Shown: positions 14,241 to 27,134 of the stretch, in pieces
Layout: every line of letters begins with the position of its first letter
How positions within the stretch are numbered: the first letter of the stretch is position 1
NCBI GenBank assembly: GCA_000165425.1
Contig: CT868681.1
Span: forward strand, 124,001 to 188,000
Direction: 5' to 3'
Length of the DNA: 64,000 nucleotides
Origin: Paramecium tetraurelia
Lineage: Eukaryota
Notes under the pieces: generated by a model
Told to the model about the DNA's origin: nothing
The model's input: the letters and a program-made list of their open reading frames with translations, nothing else
The model's database searches: none
Translations under genes and position numbers: made by a program

Positions 14241-15332
14241 ATGAGCAATAATTTATTCAACGTACTCAACCTCTCCGACACCGAAGAAGTCCCAGAATAA
14301 TAATAGAAAAAGTCTAAGAAAAATAATAACAACAAGGAATAGGTTATACCAGTTGAGTAGGTATAAAAAGAAAATACCAAACATGCTAATCCCGCTCCTA
14401 AACAAAAAGGCGTTCCTGCTGAGCCACACCCTAAGGATAGATAGTCTGGCACTGGAAGAGGCAAAGAACAACGAAAAGAGGGCGGAGGCAGAAACAATTG
14501 GGGAAATTACAAGGATGACCTTAAAGAAGAAAAATATACTGCAAAAGAGAAAAAGCCTTAGGATGCACCAAGAGAAGAATAAAATGAATAAACAACCCAA
14601 CCAGTTCAACCTCCTGCCCCTGAAAAGACTCTTGCCGATTATTACTAATAAAGAGGAGCTGTAATCATATTTAATATAAATTCAGAATGTTGAAGACGTC
14701 CTCAAGAAGACTGAGGCCAAACCATAAGTGACCAAGGAAATTGACGAAGAGGCATTGAGAAAGGATAAGCTTTTTGTCATGAAAACAAGAGAAGACGAAA
14801 AAAAACAATAAGAACAAAAGTAGAAAAAAACAAGACAATAATAACCATATAGAAGTGAATTAAACAAAGAAGCTGCTGAATATTTGGGATTCACAAATCA
14901 AACATAAGAGCCTGAAAGAAAGAATGAAAGAAGAGGAGAAAGAAGATAATAAGATAAATAAGAACCAGTTTAAGAATAATAATAATAAAGTGAAACATAA
15001 GCTTAAGAAGAAAAAGGAGAAAGAAAGGAAAGAGGAGATAGACAAGGAGATAGATAAGACAGAGGTGATAGACAAGGAAATAGAGGAGATAGATAAGACA
15101 GAGGAGACAGATAAAATAAAGGATACAAAGGAGATAGATAAGATAGACCATAACATGATAGATAAAATAGAGATAACAACACAAGAGATTAAAGAAGAGG
15201 AGATAACCACAGAAAGGGAGATGATAATAGATAAGATAAAAGACCTCAATAAAGATAATAAGTATTGACACTTATTTATTATTTTAGGAATAAGGAATTC
15301 AATTGGATGACAAGGATTTCCCATCTTTATGA
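14241..15332 (+). CDS. SERBP1/HABP4/Stm1-like RNA- or ribosome-binding protein
   Basis: Reads MSNNLFNVL, HPKDRQSGTGRGKEQRKEGGGRNNWG and KTLADY. Ends QLDDKDFPSL then TGA after an intron near 15263-15287. Confidence 0.85.
15033..15170 (+). repeat. Coding tandem repeat (GDRQ/DRGDRQ units) within the SERBP1-like gene
   Basis: Repeated ggagatagacaa / gatagataagacagagg units translate as GDRQGDRQDRGDRQGNRGDRQDRGDRQ. Confidence 0.7.
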
Positions 15333-15424
15333 GTATGATGAGTATTATATATATGTCATTATTTAAAATATTTATAAATTGAAATGCGGATTAAAGATTA
15401 ATTATATATATATGTGCATATAAA

Positions 15425-16398
15425 TCATGATTATTTAACTAATAGTCTATGAGATGATGAAATGACTTTGCCTTTAAGTAATCTCTTTGAAGGTGCAGTG
15501 CTTGGTCTTGAAAGTGGTTTAATTGCTTGGCGATCTGATTTGATACTAAATAGATTAAATTTTCTTTATAATTATTCATCAACAATTTAGTTTAGAGTGA
15601 ATTTCTTATTGATCCAATTATTATCAGAGGGCTGAACCATGAGTTTGATAGGCATTTATGAGTAATACATTTTAGGCTGCGGTGTGCTGAACTTCTTGAA
15701 TTCACTAAAATATAATAGTTGAAAAAATAAACATCAATTAGTAAGGAGGGATGAATTAAGACACCAAGTTTTTTTTCCATTAAACTTTTTTGAGACAAAT
15801 TTCTTTTTTTCTTTTAGGCTCATTAGAATAATTGCGTTAACTATTAAGATACGTATTTCTTGCTAATGTTTCATCATCATTATGTGCAACGTCCCAATTA
15901 TTACTGAGTTTGGAGATTTGAAGCCATTTTTCATAATTGAGTAGCTATTGAAAAACATTGGATCTAATTTCGAAATCGTTTTTGAGATTGTGGATGTATT
16001 GCAAAGTCTTTTGTAAGGTCCATTTGAATCTAGGAGTAAGATTTGGAGAGAATACTTGCGCATTAAAAATACGACAACAACAAAGACTGAGCGATTTAAT
16101 GCTCTAATAGAATGGACTAAAACAGCTTCTCCTGCTTCGAGGGTATCGTTTATAAAGGCGTAGCAGCGGAGATGATCGAATGCGAATTGGGTTTCACTTT
16201 CCAACCACTAATAAGACATATATTCAATGCCGATGGATTCCCAATGATTAGGAATGTGTTTGGCAGCACAATTAATTATCTTGGTTATCTTGTTAGTCAC
16301 CAAGAACTCTAGATCCTCATGTTTTAGATCACATTTACATGGGCTGCACCCTAATCGCCAAGGTAAAGACCATCAATGATACGGGTGGGCAATTACAT
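15425..16398 (-). CDS. Dual-specificity phosphatase-fold protein, probably catalytically inactive
   Basis: Reads RIIDGLYLGD, KITKIINCAA and INDTLEAGEAVLVHSIRALNRS, with Ser at the catalytic Cys position. Ends RPSTAPSKR...QS then TGA. Contains introns. Confidence 0.8.
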
Positions 16399-16419
16399 TA
16401 AAATATATATTTATTATAT

Positions 16420-17188
16420 ATGCTCTAGGAAAGCGTGCTCAAGTTGAATCAGCTCTTGTAGCAATATAGTTAGTCTAATATGAATGATGCATCAGAACTT
16501 CTTACTCTGGAATAGCAATTACAAGTAAGACAGTTGGTAAGGGTGCTTTTAGCATACAACCTCAGAGTTTCATGCGCTCAAGGTTTCATACGAGAAGTAC
16601 CACGAGATTTGGAGAGAGCTTCTGTTACAGAATGAGTGTAGACCCACCGATCCCATTGTGATTCGTTAAGCTGGGTCAGGAAAGAAGAGTCTCCTCAAAT
16701 TATAACTTAGTTCCCCTATCGACCCTCTACTGTATCCAAGCATATAATAACAAGTGCCACGGTTTAACATCTTAATGCTATATCAATTAAAGAGTTGGAC
16801 ACATTAGCCAAATTGATTGAAAGTGAGCCATATTTTCAAACTCCGACTTTTGTCACTGACTCTGAGATCTAGCTCGATCGATTGATAGAAATGCATAGGA
16901 ATCAAACCAACAAGGAAACCTCACCAATATGCTCATGGATCATAGATTACTGGTCTTGTATTGAAAGATTTACAAGGATATTCGATCAATACATCAATCT
17001 TATTGGCAAGTATGAAGCCAAACTCTAAAATTCTATCAAAACCTCTTCAGAATTAAGCATTCAGAAGCAACTGAGTAACATCACTATTTATTCTAGAACT
17101 GTCATCCGGCGAAATCAAAAAGAAAAGTATCTCTGATAGAGACTTGAATCCCTAAAAGGATTCTTGCATACAATGTTGTTAATTCTGA
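16420..17188 (+). CDS. Hypothetical protein with a Cys-rich, CaaX-like C-terminus
   Basis: A continuous frame is recovered with four 22-31 nt GT-AG introns. Ends DSCIQCCQF then TGA. Confidence 0.55.
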
Positions 17189-17269
17189 TGAAACAACACA
17201 AATTTCAAATTATGAGTAGGTGTATGTATGTATCTATACAATATTAATATTCAACTATTAAAATTAATT

Positions 17270-18583
17270 ATGAAACAGAATAATTGTAAAATAAAGGACA
17301 TATATTCTGAAAAACTCATACAGCCTCTCTACGATTTCCAAAAATACCATCTCAAAGTAACTTTCAATATCAATCTACTCTAGAATCCTAATAAATAGAC
17401 CCCTCCTCACAAACCTTTAGATAAATAGATTGCGAATAAAACTGTCTCTCAATTTTATAACCAACAAGCCTTTCTATAAAAACATAAGACCAACCAGCAA
17501 CTTCTGCTTTAAATCCTTTAGCCATCTTAACATAAATTGCATAAAAAGGAATATCCTAAAATCGTTGTTGATCAAAAAAATATTAGCGAATAAAACACTT
17601 GCAAAGTTATTAAAATTAATAGTTAACCATTAGTCGATGATAGAAAAAAGTAAGAAAAAGACAATAGAAAATAAATAAGTGAAGTAGTTTTAATGTAAAA
17701 ATATCACACTACACGATTGATTGAGCAATAAGATCAAAAGACTAACTCCATTCTCAATAAATTGACAAATAATAAATTTAATAAAAGCAGATACAGCAAT
17801 CTCAACTTTCTGTAATCAATAAATAAATACTCCAAATTCATAATATTTGTAATACAAAAATTTGACTTGTTTGGTGTCAAACACTCTTCTTCCTTTATTG
17901 GGAAAAATCCTCCAACATATTAGTGCTCATTCTATTCAGACCAAAAGTTGCTATACAAAAGCAAACCTTTTGAATATAATGAATTTCTAGAATCTATTAT
18001 AGGATTTCAGTGTTAAGAATTTACATCCATCTATGTTGTGATTGAAAAGATTAAACAAAATGAATAAGTAATATCTTTCATTATTGATAATTAGTTTTAA
18101 GTCGGATAGGTTATCTATATTGAAAGTTATTCTCATATTACAAATACACCTCTGAAGGAGAATATAATCATCAAGGTTAGTGATGAGATAGACGGTGAAA
18201 TAAAGAAGACTATATCTGATGAATAAGTTACAGTTGGAATATTACAATACAAAGTATTATAATTATGCCAGCAAAACAATTAAAACAAGTTGTAAGTTCC
18301 TTAAGCTTCTTATGCGATACAAATTTAACAGTCAACTCCTCGACATTCTGCAACCTAGATTGAAAACAATGTTTCTACATAATTAAAATGATTATTAAGT
18401 TTTATTCAACTAGTTACATTTTTCAAATAATATAATATTATTAGAATATTCTATTCATTTAAATTTTAGATGGAACAAATAATATATGTTATAATATTAT
18501 CATAATTGGATTATGATATAGTGAATATGAGAATTAAATAGCAGAATGTATTCATCATTTAAATTTATAAACCAAAATTGTGA
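17270..18583 (+). CDS. Hypothetical protein
   Basis: ATG in AT-rich context followed by long Q/K-rich reading frames. The exon structure and the end are only roughly resolved. Confidence 0.4.
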
Positions 18584-18638
18584 AACTATTCATACTAAAG
18601 ATATCTTCAGAATGAGACTAAGTAATTATTTAAATAAA

Positions 18639-19315
18639 TCAAGGCAGTTTATTAAATTCCACCGTCGTTGTAAGTTCCTGGAGCTCTCTACTATATGAGG
18701 AATATTTTGGATTTAGTTAGCTTTTAGGAAATATGACTTCGGGGGGTAGAGGTTGACTCTATGGAATTCGTTTCTTTTGTCTTGATCTTTTGAGTATTTT
18801 GTCGACGGGGCTATTTTTAACTTCGAAATTGGTTTCTTATCTTTCAGGCAACAGGAAGAACTTAGCAGTGGATTGAGGAGAAAATCTAAATTTTTCTTTG
18901 CGACTGCTTGGCAAAGCTTTGGCTCTGAATTAATATTATGCTCTTTCTGTTTGAGGGCACTGTATTGATTCAGATTTTTGTTATCTTGTCGATTCCATAG
19001 ATTTAAGCAAATATCTACGCTGACTGTAAGTTCCAAATCTTCCATCATCGTTGACTACTCCGATTTGTTTTACGGAGAATGTCAATTTCTCATAATTTTC
19101 CTTACTCAATTGAAGATTATTAAGGAGCTCCCTCTGCTTGTTCAGATACTCCTATCTACGCTTGATGTAATTCATGTACTCGAAAGGACTTTGGACCTTG
19201 ACCACACGAGCATTGAGTCTAAGAATTCAATCATTTGAAATTACTCTTGGGTATTGTATAATACTTTGGGATGCACCTTTGAGAGGAGAGTCGGCTGCTT
19301 GATTTTTGATGACAT
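18639..19315 (-). CDS. Hypothetical basic protein
   Basis: Reads MSSKIKQPTLLSKVHPK...SPFEYMNYIKRRQEYLNKQRELL...NKLP then TGA. A probable intron lies near the 5' end. Confidence 0.5.
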
Positions 19316-19333
19316 TAATTATTAATTTATAAA

Positions 19334-19858
19334 TCACACAGCCATAGAGTAATTATTTAGTTTGTAAAGATGTTAATTCTTAGCAGATTTGATCAAATTG
19401 TCTACTTGAATGTACAAAGGACTTTTGGGGATCTTGGGAGATATCAAGGTTATATTTTTTGATTCTCGAAGGACTGAACCTCTGATTAAAAATAAAACAT
19501 AATACTCAGTGCGAAGTCTCGTTGTGCCATTCTTGCTTTGCGATCTGGATTTATATAATGAAGTGTTGTTGGATCGATTTTCATTGACTGATGGTTGCTT
19601 TTTGGGTTTCAGCAGTCGTATCAATAATGTTTTGCTGGTCTTGGGCACAGTACGTTCAGTTTCCATTGATTTATTGCGGATGGGTTTGCATAAATTGTAT
19701 AATCCAATGTTTCTCAAGGAATCCAATGAATCATCATCTGAAAAATCATTCCCTTCTCTTTCAAATACATAATTATGGTTATGACGACTCTTTGCAAATC
19801 GCTTCTCTATTTCCTACTTGAACTCGATTGTTTGTAATCTCACAAGCTCTTCAGACAT
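19334..19858 (-). CDS. Hypothetical protein
   Basis: Reads MSEELVRLQTIEFKQEIEKRF...LYKLNNYSMAV then TGA. Overlaps the supplied ORF 19373..19726. Confidence 0.5.
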
Positions 19859-20375
19859 AATATATCGTTAGAATTTTAATTAAATTAATATCAAATCGAG
19901 TGACCCCATAGACATCTCTCTATCACATACATAAGTTAAATCATATTAGTTAGGACAGGAAAGAAGAAGAGAGAGAGTAAGAGAATAGAAGGAGTATCAA
20001 TTTCTATAACTATTGCATTTATAAAAGTTCAACATTTTCACTAATTTTATGGAATATCATAGTCCTTGCTATTCGATTACTCTAATATACATTAATATAC
20101 TCTGATTGTGATCTCTTTAGAAATGTGTAAATGAAATTGAATGAATTTTTAAAGATAATAAAATAAGGATCATTCTTATGTTAAATATAATATGAAGTTG
20201 GAATAACTTAAAAAAATATATAATTTTTAAACACTATTGGATGCTATTTAATTATACAAAAATATGTGTACACAGTGATTAATTAAAGAATCTATACATA
20301 TTTGAATAATGCGTCAAATATTTCCATACATTTAGGCTAATAAGATTTATTTAATTTGTTTGACCAAATATTTTA

Positions 20376-22004
20376 ATGAAAATGATGAAATCATAGTAAT
20401 TGCGAAGAGACTTAGAAGCATTTCAAAAATAGCTGAGATAAGCACTTCCAACAATAATCAATAGAGTGACCAAGGATATAGGATAAATGCTTTATTTTGA
20501 GAAGCTGTTTAAAGATCTAAAGCCAAATTCAGTTTAAGAATTATACTTCCAAAGTCTTCTTAGATTGGATCCCCATATAGCAAGACAATAGCCATAATTA
20601 GATGAGCCAATTCAGAATATAAATGAACTGATACATCTATATTTTGAATAGCAAGCAGAGAAATTATAAGAGATGGTGTTGTTAGAGAAGGAACTCAAAA
20701 TGATGAGAGAATTGGAAGAATTGTAAGTAAGTTAGGAGAGTACACAAATATAAAATTCTTTGATTGAGTTAGAATAATCGAAAGGGATGGATGTGGAAAA
20801 ACAAAACATGGAAGAAGTTTGCAATACAATCAAAAGGAAATATTGGAGATAAGCTTAATCACCAAGTTGTGATTAGTGTTTCTGTGGAAATCAACTACAT
20901 TATAAGTAAATAGTTAAATGTCAATTATGCGAAAAACATTTTCATATTAATTGTCTAGACAAAAGTTATGATGAAAGATATGTCAAACATTTCACATGTC
21001 CAAGATGTACCTTATATCATATGGATTAATTTTGCGAAGTGATCTCAGTCATTATCGAACCATTCTCATTTAAGAAGACAGGGTTGACCAGCACCAAAAC
21101 CGTAAAATTTAAGTCAGATACTAATATGATTGATGTCAGATGTATTAGAATGGATTGTCCTCTGTCAGCAGAAGAAATTACATGGCCAGATCTAGGAGAA
21201 TTACACATTAACAATAAGAAAGTGGCTGAATTTATTCCATTGGCTCAGCAGAGTTGTCAACATAAACGAAAAGATGAGAAATTGATATTCTCGATTCCAT
21301 AAAATGAAGAATGCTCTCTAATGATGAAGGAGACTATTCCTGGTATGGAGTAGAAGAGAAAATATAGAATCCAAGGGGAATAGTTGCATTATGTAGCTGG
21401 TTACAAAACTAAATAATATTCTGGCAAATAGCTTATAGAGAAGATTATAACATCGAGTGAAAATTGGATGAGTGTAGAATAAGCATAGGATTTTATTATA
21501 CTTCAGATGAATTACATATCGTCTACAGGTATTAAGTAAATTAAATAAACTATTTCTTTGTTGTGTTGCTTATGTTCCACTTTGATGGTCACTCCTGTCA
21601 GGGGAATCTATTGCAATCATATTCAATGTTTCTCTCTAGAAAATTACTTATTGATGCTTGAAATGTCAAATCCAAGGAAATGGAGGTGTCCCATTTGTAA
21701 AGCTAAGTTATTCAAATTACAAATCGATGCTTTGCAATATACAATCTTGTAGACCATTAGACAATACAATTTATAGGAGAAGTACTCGGAAATATCGTTC
21801 GATCATATGGGAAATATATTGGATGATCTCATTTAAAAATTTATAGATTTTAATAATTTACCAGAACATGCCAAGACTAGTAGGAATAGAATCTTACAAT
21901 TAGAAACTCTAAGCAATTAAAGAAGGGAATTTGATAATGAGATGGAGGAATCAGAATAATTAAATAATAGACCTCTTAATCCTAATTCAATTGTTATAGA
22001 ATAA
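20376..22004 (+). CDS. SIZ/PIAS-type SUMO E3 ligase (PHD finger + SP-RING/MIZ); no TGA at the expected end
   Basis: PHD CFCGNQ...CQLCEKHFHINC...FTCPRC, then ITWPDLGELHIN, then SP-RING ISLLCCLCSTLMVTPVRGIYCNHIQCF...WRCPIC. Apparent end NSIVIE is followed by TAA. Confidence 0.85.
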
Positions 22005-22016
22005 TATTAAATAATC

Positions 22017-22578
22017 ATGTTGATCCTAATCTTAATTCCATTCACCTTCTCTTTAAGTTCTGACTGCTAATACAGAAGCATCACAGATTGTTTGGAATTA
22101 AATATGCACAATCTAAAATTCAGATGTTCGATCAAAAATAATAGATGCATTGAATAAAGACCTGAGATGAGTCAACCTTAACATTAAGGAACCTTAAAGT
22201 TCCAATACTTAAGTAAGAAGGAGAGATTAGAAGTCTAAAAGAATGCTCAAAAAAGGAGATCTAAATTTATCAAAAATAGATTTCAAGATGAATACTCTGA
22301 ACAAGATTTTGGAACCTCCTTCTCGATATCTAATTCTTATAGTGGAGACCTCTTCGATAACTTCAACGGCGATGGTAGCTATTCGTATTGTATTTAAATT
22401 TGATTCAAACATCTTAGATTACTAAACTTTTGAAGATGAAGAGAGCAGTTTGGAAATTGAATTAGTTCCCAAAAACCCAATTCCAGAAAAGCCCCCCAGT
22501 TTCTCCATAAAGCCCGACTTCAGTACGAGACTAATTGTTGATATTTTTTGTGTAATATTGTATACAATGTATTTATGA
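22017..22578 (+). CDS. Small secreted or GPI-anchored-like protein
   Basis: Signal-like start MLILILIPFTFSLSSDC, a Cys-containing N-terminal part and an acidic middle. Hydrophobic end FSTRLIVDIFCVILYTMYL then TGA. One intron at about 22390-22417. Confidence 0.65.
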
Positions 22579-22648
22579 ATGGATTCTATTAGTAATGATA
22601 CATGATATTTGATATATTAATTAAAATTAGATTCTAAATTATATCTAT

Positions 22649-24593
22649 TCAACCATAGTAAATCTTTTATTTTTCCCTTATGTTTTAAACTTGATCCCTT
22701 ATTTCTTGAGGACAAGAGCCGCACTCATCAAGTCCGAAATGATACTTCTACACTTCACAATCAGTAAAGTAGGCAAGCAGTAAGGCATCTGCACTCTGTC
22801 CAAACATATCCATAAATAGAGTGGCTATTGACAATGTAATAAATGCAATAATTGCAAAAGTGTACAATTGAAGTACAAAATCGGTCTACTCCTTGACATA
22901 AATGAATGTTCCAATTGTGGTTATTAGAAATATGAACATTTTGCTGAAATGAGTGAATTGCTCTCCCAATCCTGAAAGAGTTTCAAAATCTGAGTGGTTT
23001 CTTTTGATTACAAAATGAACAGCTTTGCTTGATTCAAAGTAATCTGCTGATGTCATCACGATGTACACAAAAGCATAATTGTTGATGTACATAATGAAAT
23101 TCTCACAAACACAGCATAAACACAAAGAAATCGATGCAAAACAATTCAAAATAAAATTGTGTCTCTTCAATCTGCATCGGTTAAGTGAATCCTATAATCT
23201 TAATTATCAATTTACATATATCAAATTGAATGCTTTTGCTATGCCACTGAAAAAGAAACTGTAAATTGCTTCGGCTGTGATACTTCCATTATGGTATCGC
23301 ACAGCCAATTTGAAACTATCATATAAAAACCCTTTGTTGGAAGATGCATGGAAGTACCAGAGTGTGGCCGTTGAAGCATTTAGGAATCTGGCCAAGGATA
23401 GGATATATTGCATTAACCAAATTAAAGCTAGTACAGTAATCATCAATTTAATTAAAGTATCAAATTTGAGTTGAATCTTTTCAAACGGATAAATTTATGA
23501 ATCTAATGAGTAATCCATTTATTGTTCGGAAAGTACTGCCAATGCACTTGCTATCCATACCAATAGAGTAGACATTACTAAGAAGAAGAACACTATAGGC
23601 ACAATGATGATTGTTTTGTTTTAGTACAAGAATGTGGTTGCCAATTTTACAAGAGATATCATGAACTTCATCTTCCTTAAGTTCCAACACAATGTGAATA
23701 TTGCATATACGCATAGCACTGCAAATGTTATTGATGCTGCTAACATATATGGACTCCATGCATAAGTCGATTTGTCGAAATAAGGAAATAAACTAATTGA
23801 TATTAGAAGAATATGTACTCTAATGGAGATCTCAAGAAATATAGCAAGAAGTATGTACTAAGAAAACCAGTCAAAGAGATATAGACTAATATGAAGACGT
23901 AAACTATGAGGGTAGTGCACAATCCGATCATTATGGTGAAGAAGAAGGCCAACAAAAAGGCAGCTCCTCCACTTAGGGCAATAATTGGCAAATTCGCTCT
24001 TGTGTTTATCAGGGCTTATTGAATTTCGCCAACTAAAATTGCTGGTTGCACTGCATTTTTTAAATTATCGTCGGTTGGTAAACAGATGTTGCCTGAGTAG
24101 GAATCAGATTCATAGACCAAGACTCGCTTCTCTGGATCCGATGGACTTGGATTATTGTGACAGTCATTGATTAATTTATTCGGAGCGCATAACAATAGTT
24201 TATCTTCTTTTTTAGGACATTTTTCAACACAAACTGTTCTATAAAGATATTTCTAAAGCCAAATATAAAGAAGCTCACCTCTTCTGGAGTTACGAAATAA
24301 ATCAACGGAAACTTATTCAAATTTCCTTATCCACATTCTCTTCCCTCAGAATCCACAGGAGTGTAGAGTCTCTCGATATGTTGACTGCTGTAAGTCAGGA
24401 AATAAAAATATCCCAAAGCTCCAATAGACAGTAAAAATAATAAGCAGCAGCAGAGATTAGTACATGATCTATTTTAGTTAGGACCATTTTTTAAATAAAC
24501 AGGAGGAATGTAACTCATATTAGTTTATTAAGAGTAAAGTGCTATGACTGTTTCTCCTTACTCTTCTCCCACTTCTGATTTGCGTTGAAACAT
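22649..24593 (-). CDS. Choline transporter-like (CTL/SLC44) membrane protein
   Basis: Reads NRSCTNLCCCLLFLL, PVDSEGRECG, RYHNGSI, CLCCVCENFIMYINNYAFVYIVM and GQSADALLLAYFTD. Many TM segments. Confidence 0.85.
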
Positions 24594-24698
24594 TAAATTT
24601 AATATTATCTCAAGAATTGTATAAGAATTAAACACAATAAAATTTATATGGAAATGATTGTGATATCCAATACTAATACATTTATTAATATAATATAA

Positions 24699-25431
24699 AT
24701 GCTATTAAGAGAAATAGCCTCATAATTTTGCAGTCAATTTGAAAAGAACATCCAAAAGACAAGAAGGGCTCCACAAGTTGTTAATTAGGTCAAGGCAGAA
24801 GAAACAACAGAGGAAAAAGAATCTGATTACTCATTAAGAAGAATGCCTTTTTATAGATTCCCTGTCGGACTCTAGAAGAATTTGTATTTAATGTTACAAC
24901 TATTTGTGAAGCTATTATTTAACAGGTCCATTAATTTTTCTTGATATGACCTAAATGTAAAGCCCTTATTTCTCTTACCAACTCACTAATGCATTTTGCT
25001 AATTGAATGATGTATACATATTTGGCTTTGCTGGAATAGTAGGTGCTATTGCAGGATGTCATTTTGTATCTGGCAAACCTTTTAATTACTTGGGGTTATA
25101 TAGCTCGAGTTAGTTGATATGTCTTTTAGGCAATAGTGTGTTAATGTACTGCTTATCGCCTTATTTGTTTGGGTTCTACTTCTTGAGCATTCTATCGCAC
25201 TTGATTTGGTACAACAACGCCAAAAGTATCATCGGAGTGCCTAAAACATTCAACAATCTTTATCTCAAGTCTATGGTGTTTTCCTCGCTATTCATATTTG
25301 CAGTACGATTTGTCATAATTTTTTAATAGGCAATAGGCGGAGTCGTGCTCTTGAATTAAGAAATTAAACATATAGAGATCAAAATTGAAGAATTACAAAA
25401 GCTATCAGATTCGCTAAAATCAGGACTATGA
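24699..25431 (+). CDS. Multi-pass membrane protein of unknown function
   Basis: Basic N-terminus followed by several hydrophobic helices. A 28-nt intron near 24884-24911 restores the frame. TGA at 25429-25431. Confidence 0.55.
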
Positions 25432-25486
25432 AACATGTTAATTAATTAAAAAGAAATAAATATAATTTATATTCATATATATCCTA

Positions 25487-27115
25487 ATGAAATTAAGCCA
25501 AACTCCATAAACCAAAGTTTCCAGAATGGATGAGACCTTCTCAACTGATATACATAATATGTGCTATAGTCGAGTCAACATCCTCACCAATGAGGTAGAG
25601 AAGCTAACAGATGTTCTGGGAACAGCCTCATAAGAAATGGAAGTTCTCAAAGAACAAAATCGAGATTTGTAAAATCAATTAACAGAGATGGAGCACTCAA
25701 ATTAAATTGTATATTTTGATATCATGATTAGGTCAACTAAGAGTTTGATAACATTTGCGAAAGATTGAAATAAAAAAGTATAGAGGCTGAAGAGTACGCC
25801 TTCTAGGTCTAAAAATTAACTCTACAAAAACAAGTACTTAATTGTGGTATAAGAATAGGAAATCACTCAAAATTTGAACAAGGTGCTCAATGAATTGGAA
25901 TAAATAAATTAAGTGATAGACATCAAGGATCAGGAAATCCAATCTGGAAAACAGTAATTTATTGCAAAAACAGAAGAATTATAGCAAAGTTTATAATAGA
26001 CTTACCATTTGGATTAAGCTTTGAAAGTAGTTAAGGAAGAAAAATTAAAATATATTTATGAATATTAATAGTTGTAAAAATTGGTAGAAGAATAACAATA
26101 ATAAATAAAAGAATTAAATGAGTACAGAATAGGCTATGAGACATTGAAAGTGGATTTGAATATTCTGAGAGTCAATTATACGAATTTACTTAACTAAAAA
26201 TTGGAAGAAAAGAAAGAGTTAGAAGCTCAAATTGATGTGTTGAGAGATATGCATTCGTACACTATTGAAGATGGATAACTAAAATTTGCTGTATAATCAA
26301 TCTCATTATATTGATAGGATTAAATTAAACAAGAAATAGAATCATTCAAATAACTTTACGATGAGTAGTACAAATTTGAAAGGATGACATATGAATCCAC
26401 ACTAGATCAACTGAAAAATTAAGTGGCCACACTTTCAATGCAATTGCAAAACGCTGAAATTTTGGTTAGCACTCATAAGTAAAACTTGATGAATCAAGCT
26501 CAATTGAGTATGTTTGAGAAAAGCAATTAAGTAAGTGAATTAAAAGCGCAAAATTATGTCTTGTAAGAATCCCTTATCACAGCCAACAGGGAGTTGAATG
26601 AATTGAAATAGTAGATGGAGAATGGCAACATAATTAGATTTGATGAGGATGTGAGAAGATAGATTGAATATAAATTAGATCTATGCTAATAATTGCAAAA
26701 AGACAAAGAAGAACTCAATAAAGAAAACTAACAACTCAAAAGAGAGAACAAATTGTTAAAAGAAAACAACGAATTGATGTAATAACAATTGTCACAACAG
26801 CAATCAAATATAAGTTAATTGCCATAATCTCTTCTTCTGAGTTAGATATCACCATCAGGTATTATATAGTCTGTATTTCTTTAAGGAATTTCACCTGGGC
26901 AAAAAATCAACGACAGCGAAAAAATCAAATATTTATTAAAGGCAGTTGATCAATTGCAAAATGCCATTAAAGACAGGGATCAAGAGATTACTAAATTATC
27001 ATAGATGGCTAGTACCAATGTTGGGTTGTCTTCATTGATCAATAAGCCAAATTCAAGAATGCGATTTTACCATCTCAATTCAGATGATTTAAATTCCTTT
27101 GATAAATAATTATGA
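25487..27115 (+). CDS. Long coiled-coil protein
   Basis: E/Q/K/L heptad-rich frames with several small introns. TGA at 27113-27115. Confidence 0.65.
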
Positions 27116-27134
27116 ATTATATAATCTATAATAA

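Noticed and set aside
14231..15324. Several long minus-strand hydrophobic ORFs in the supplied track
   Set aside because: They are antisense shadows of the purine-rich SERBP1-like gene.
19860..20379. TGA-free plus-strand frame of about 170 codons
   Set aside because: No early ATG and no motif. Long open frames arise easily when TGA is the only stop.
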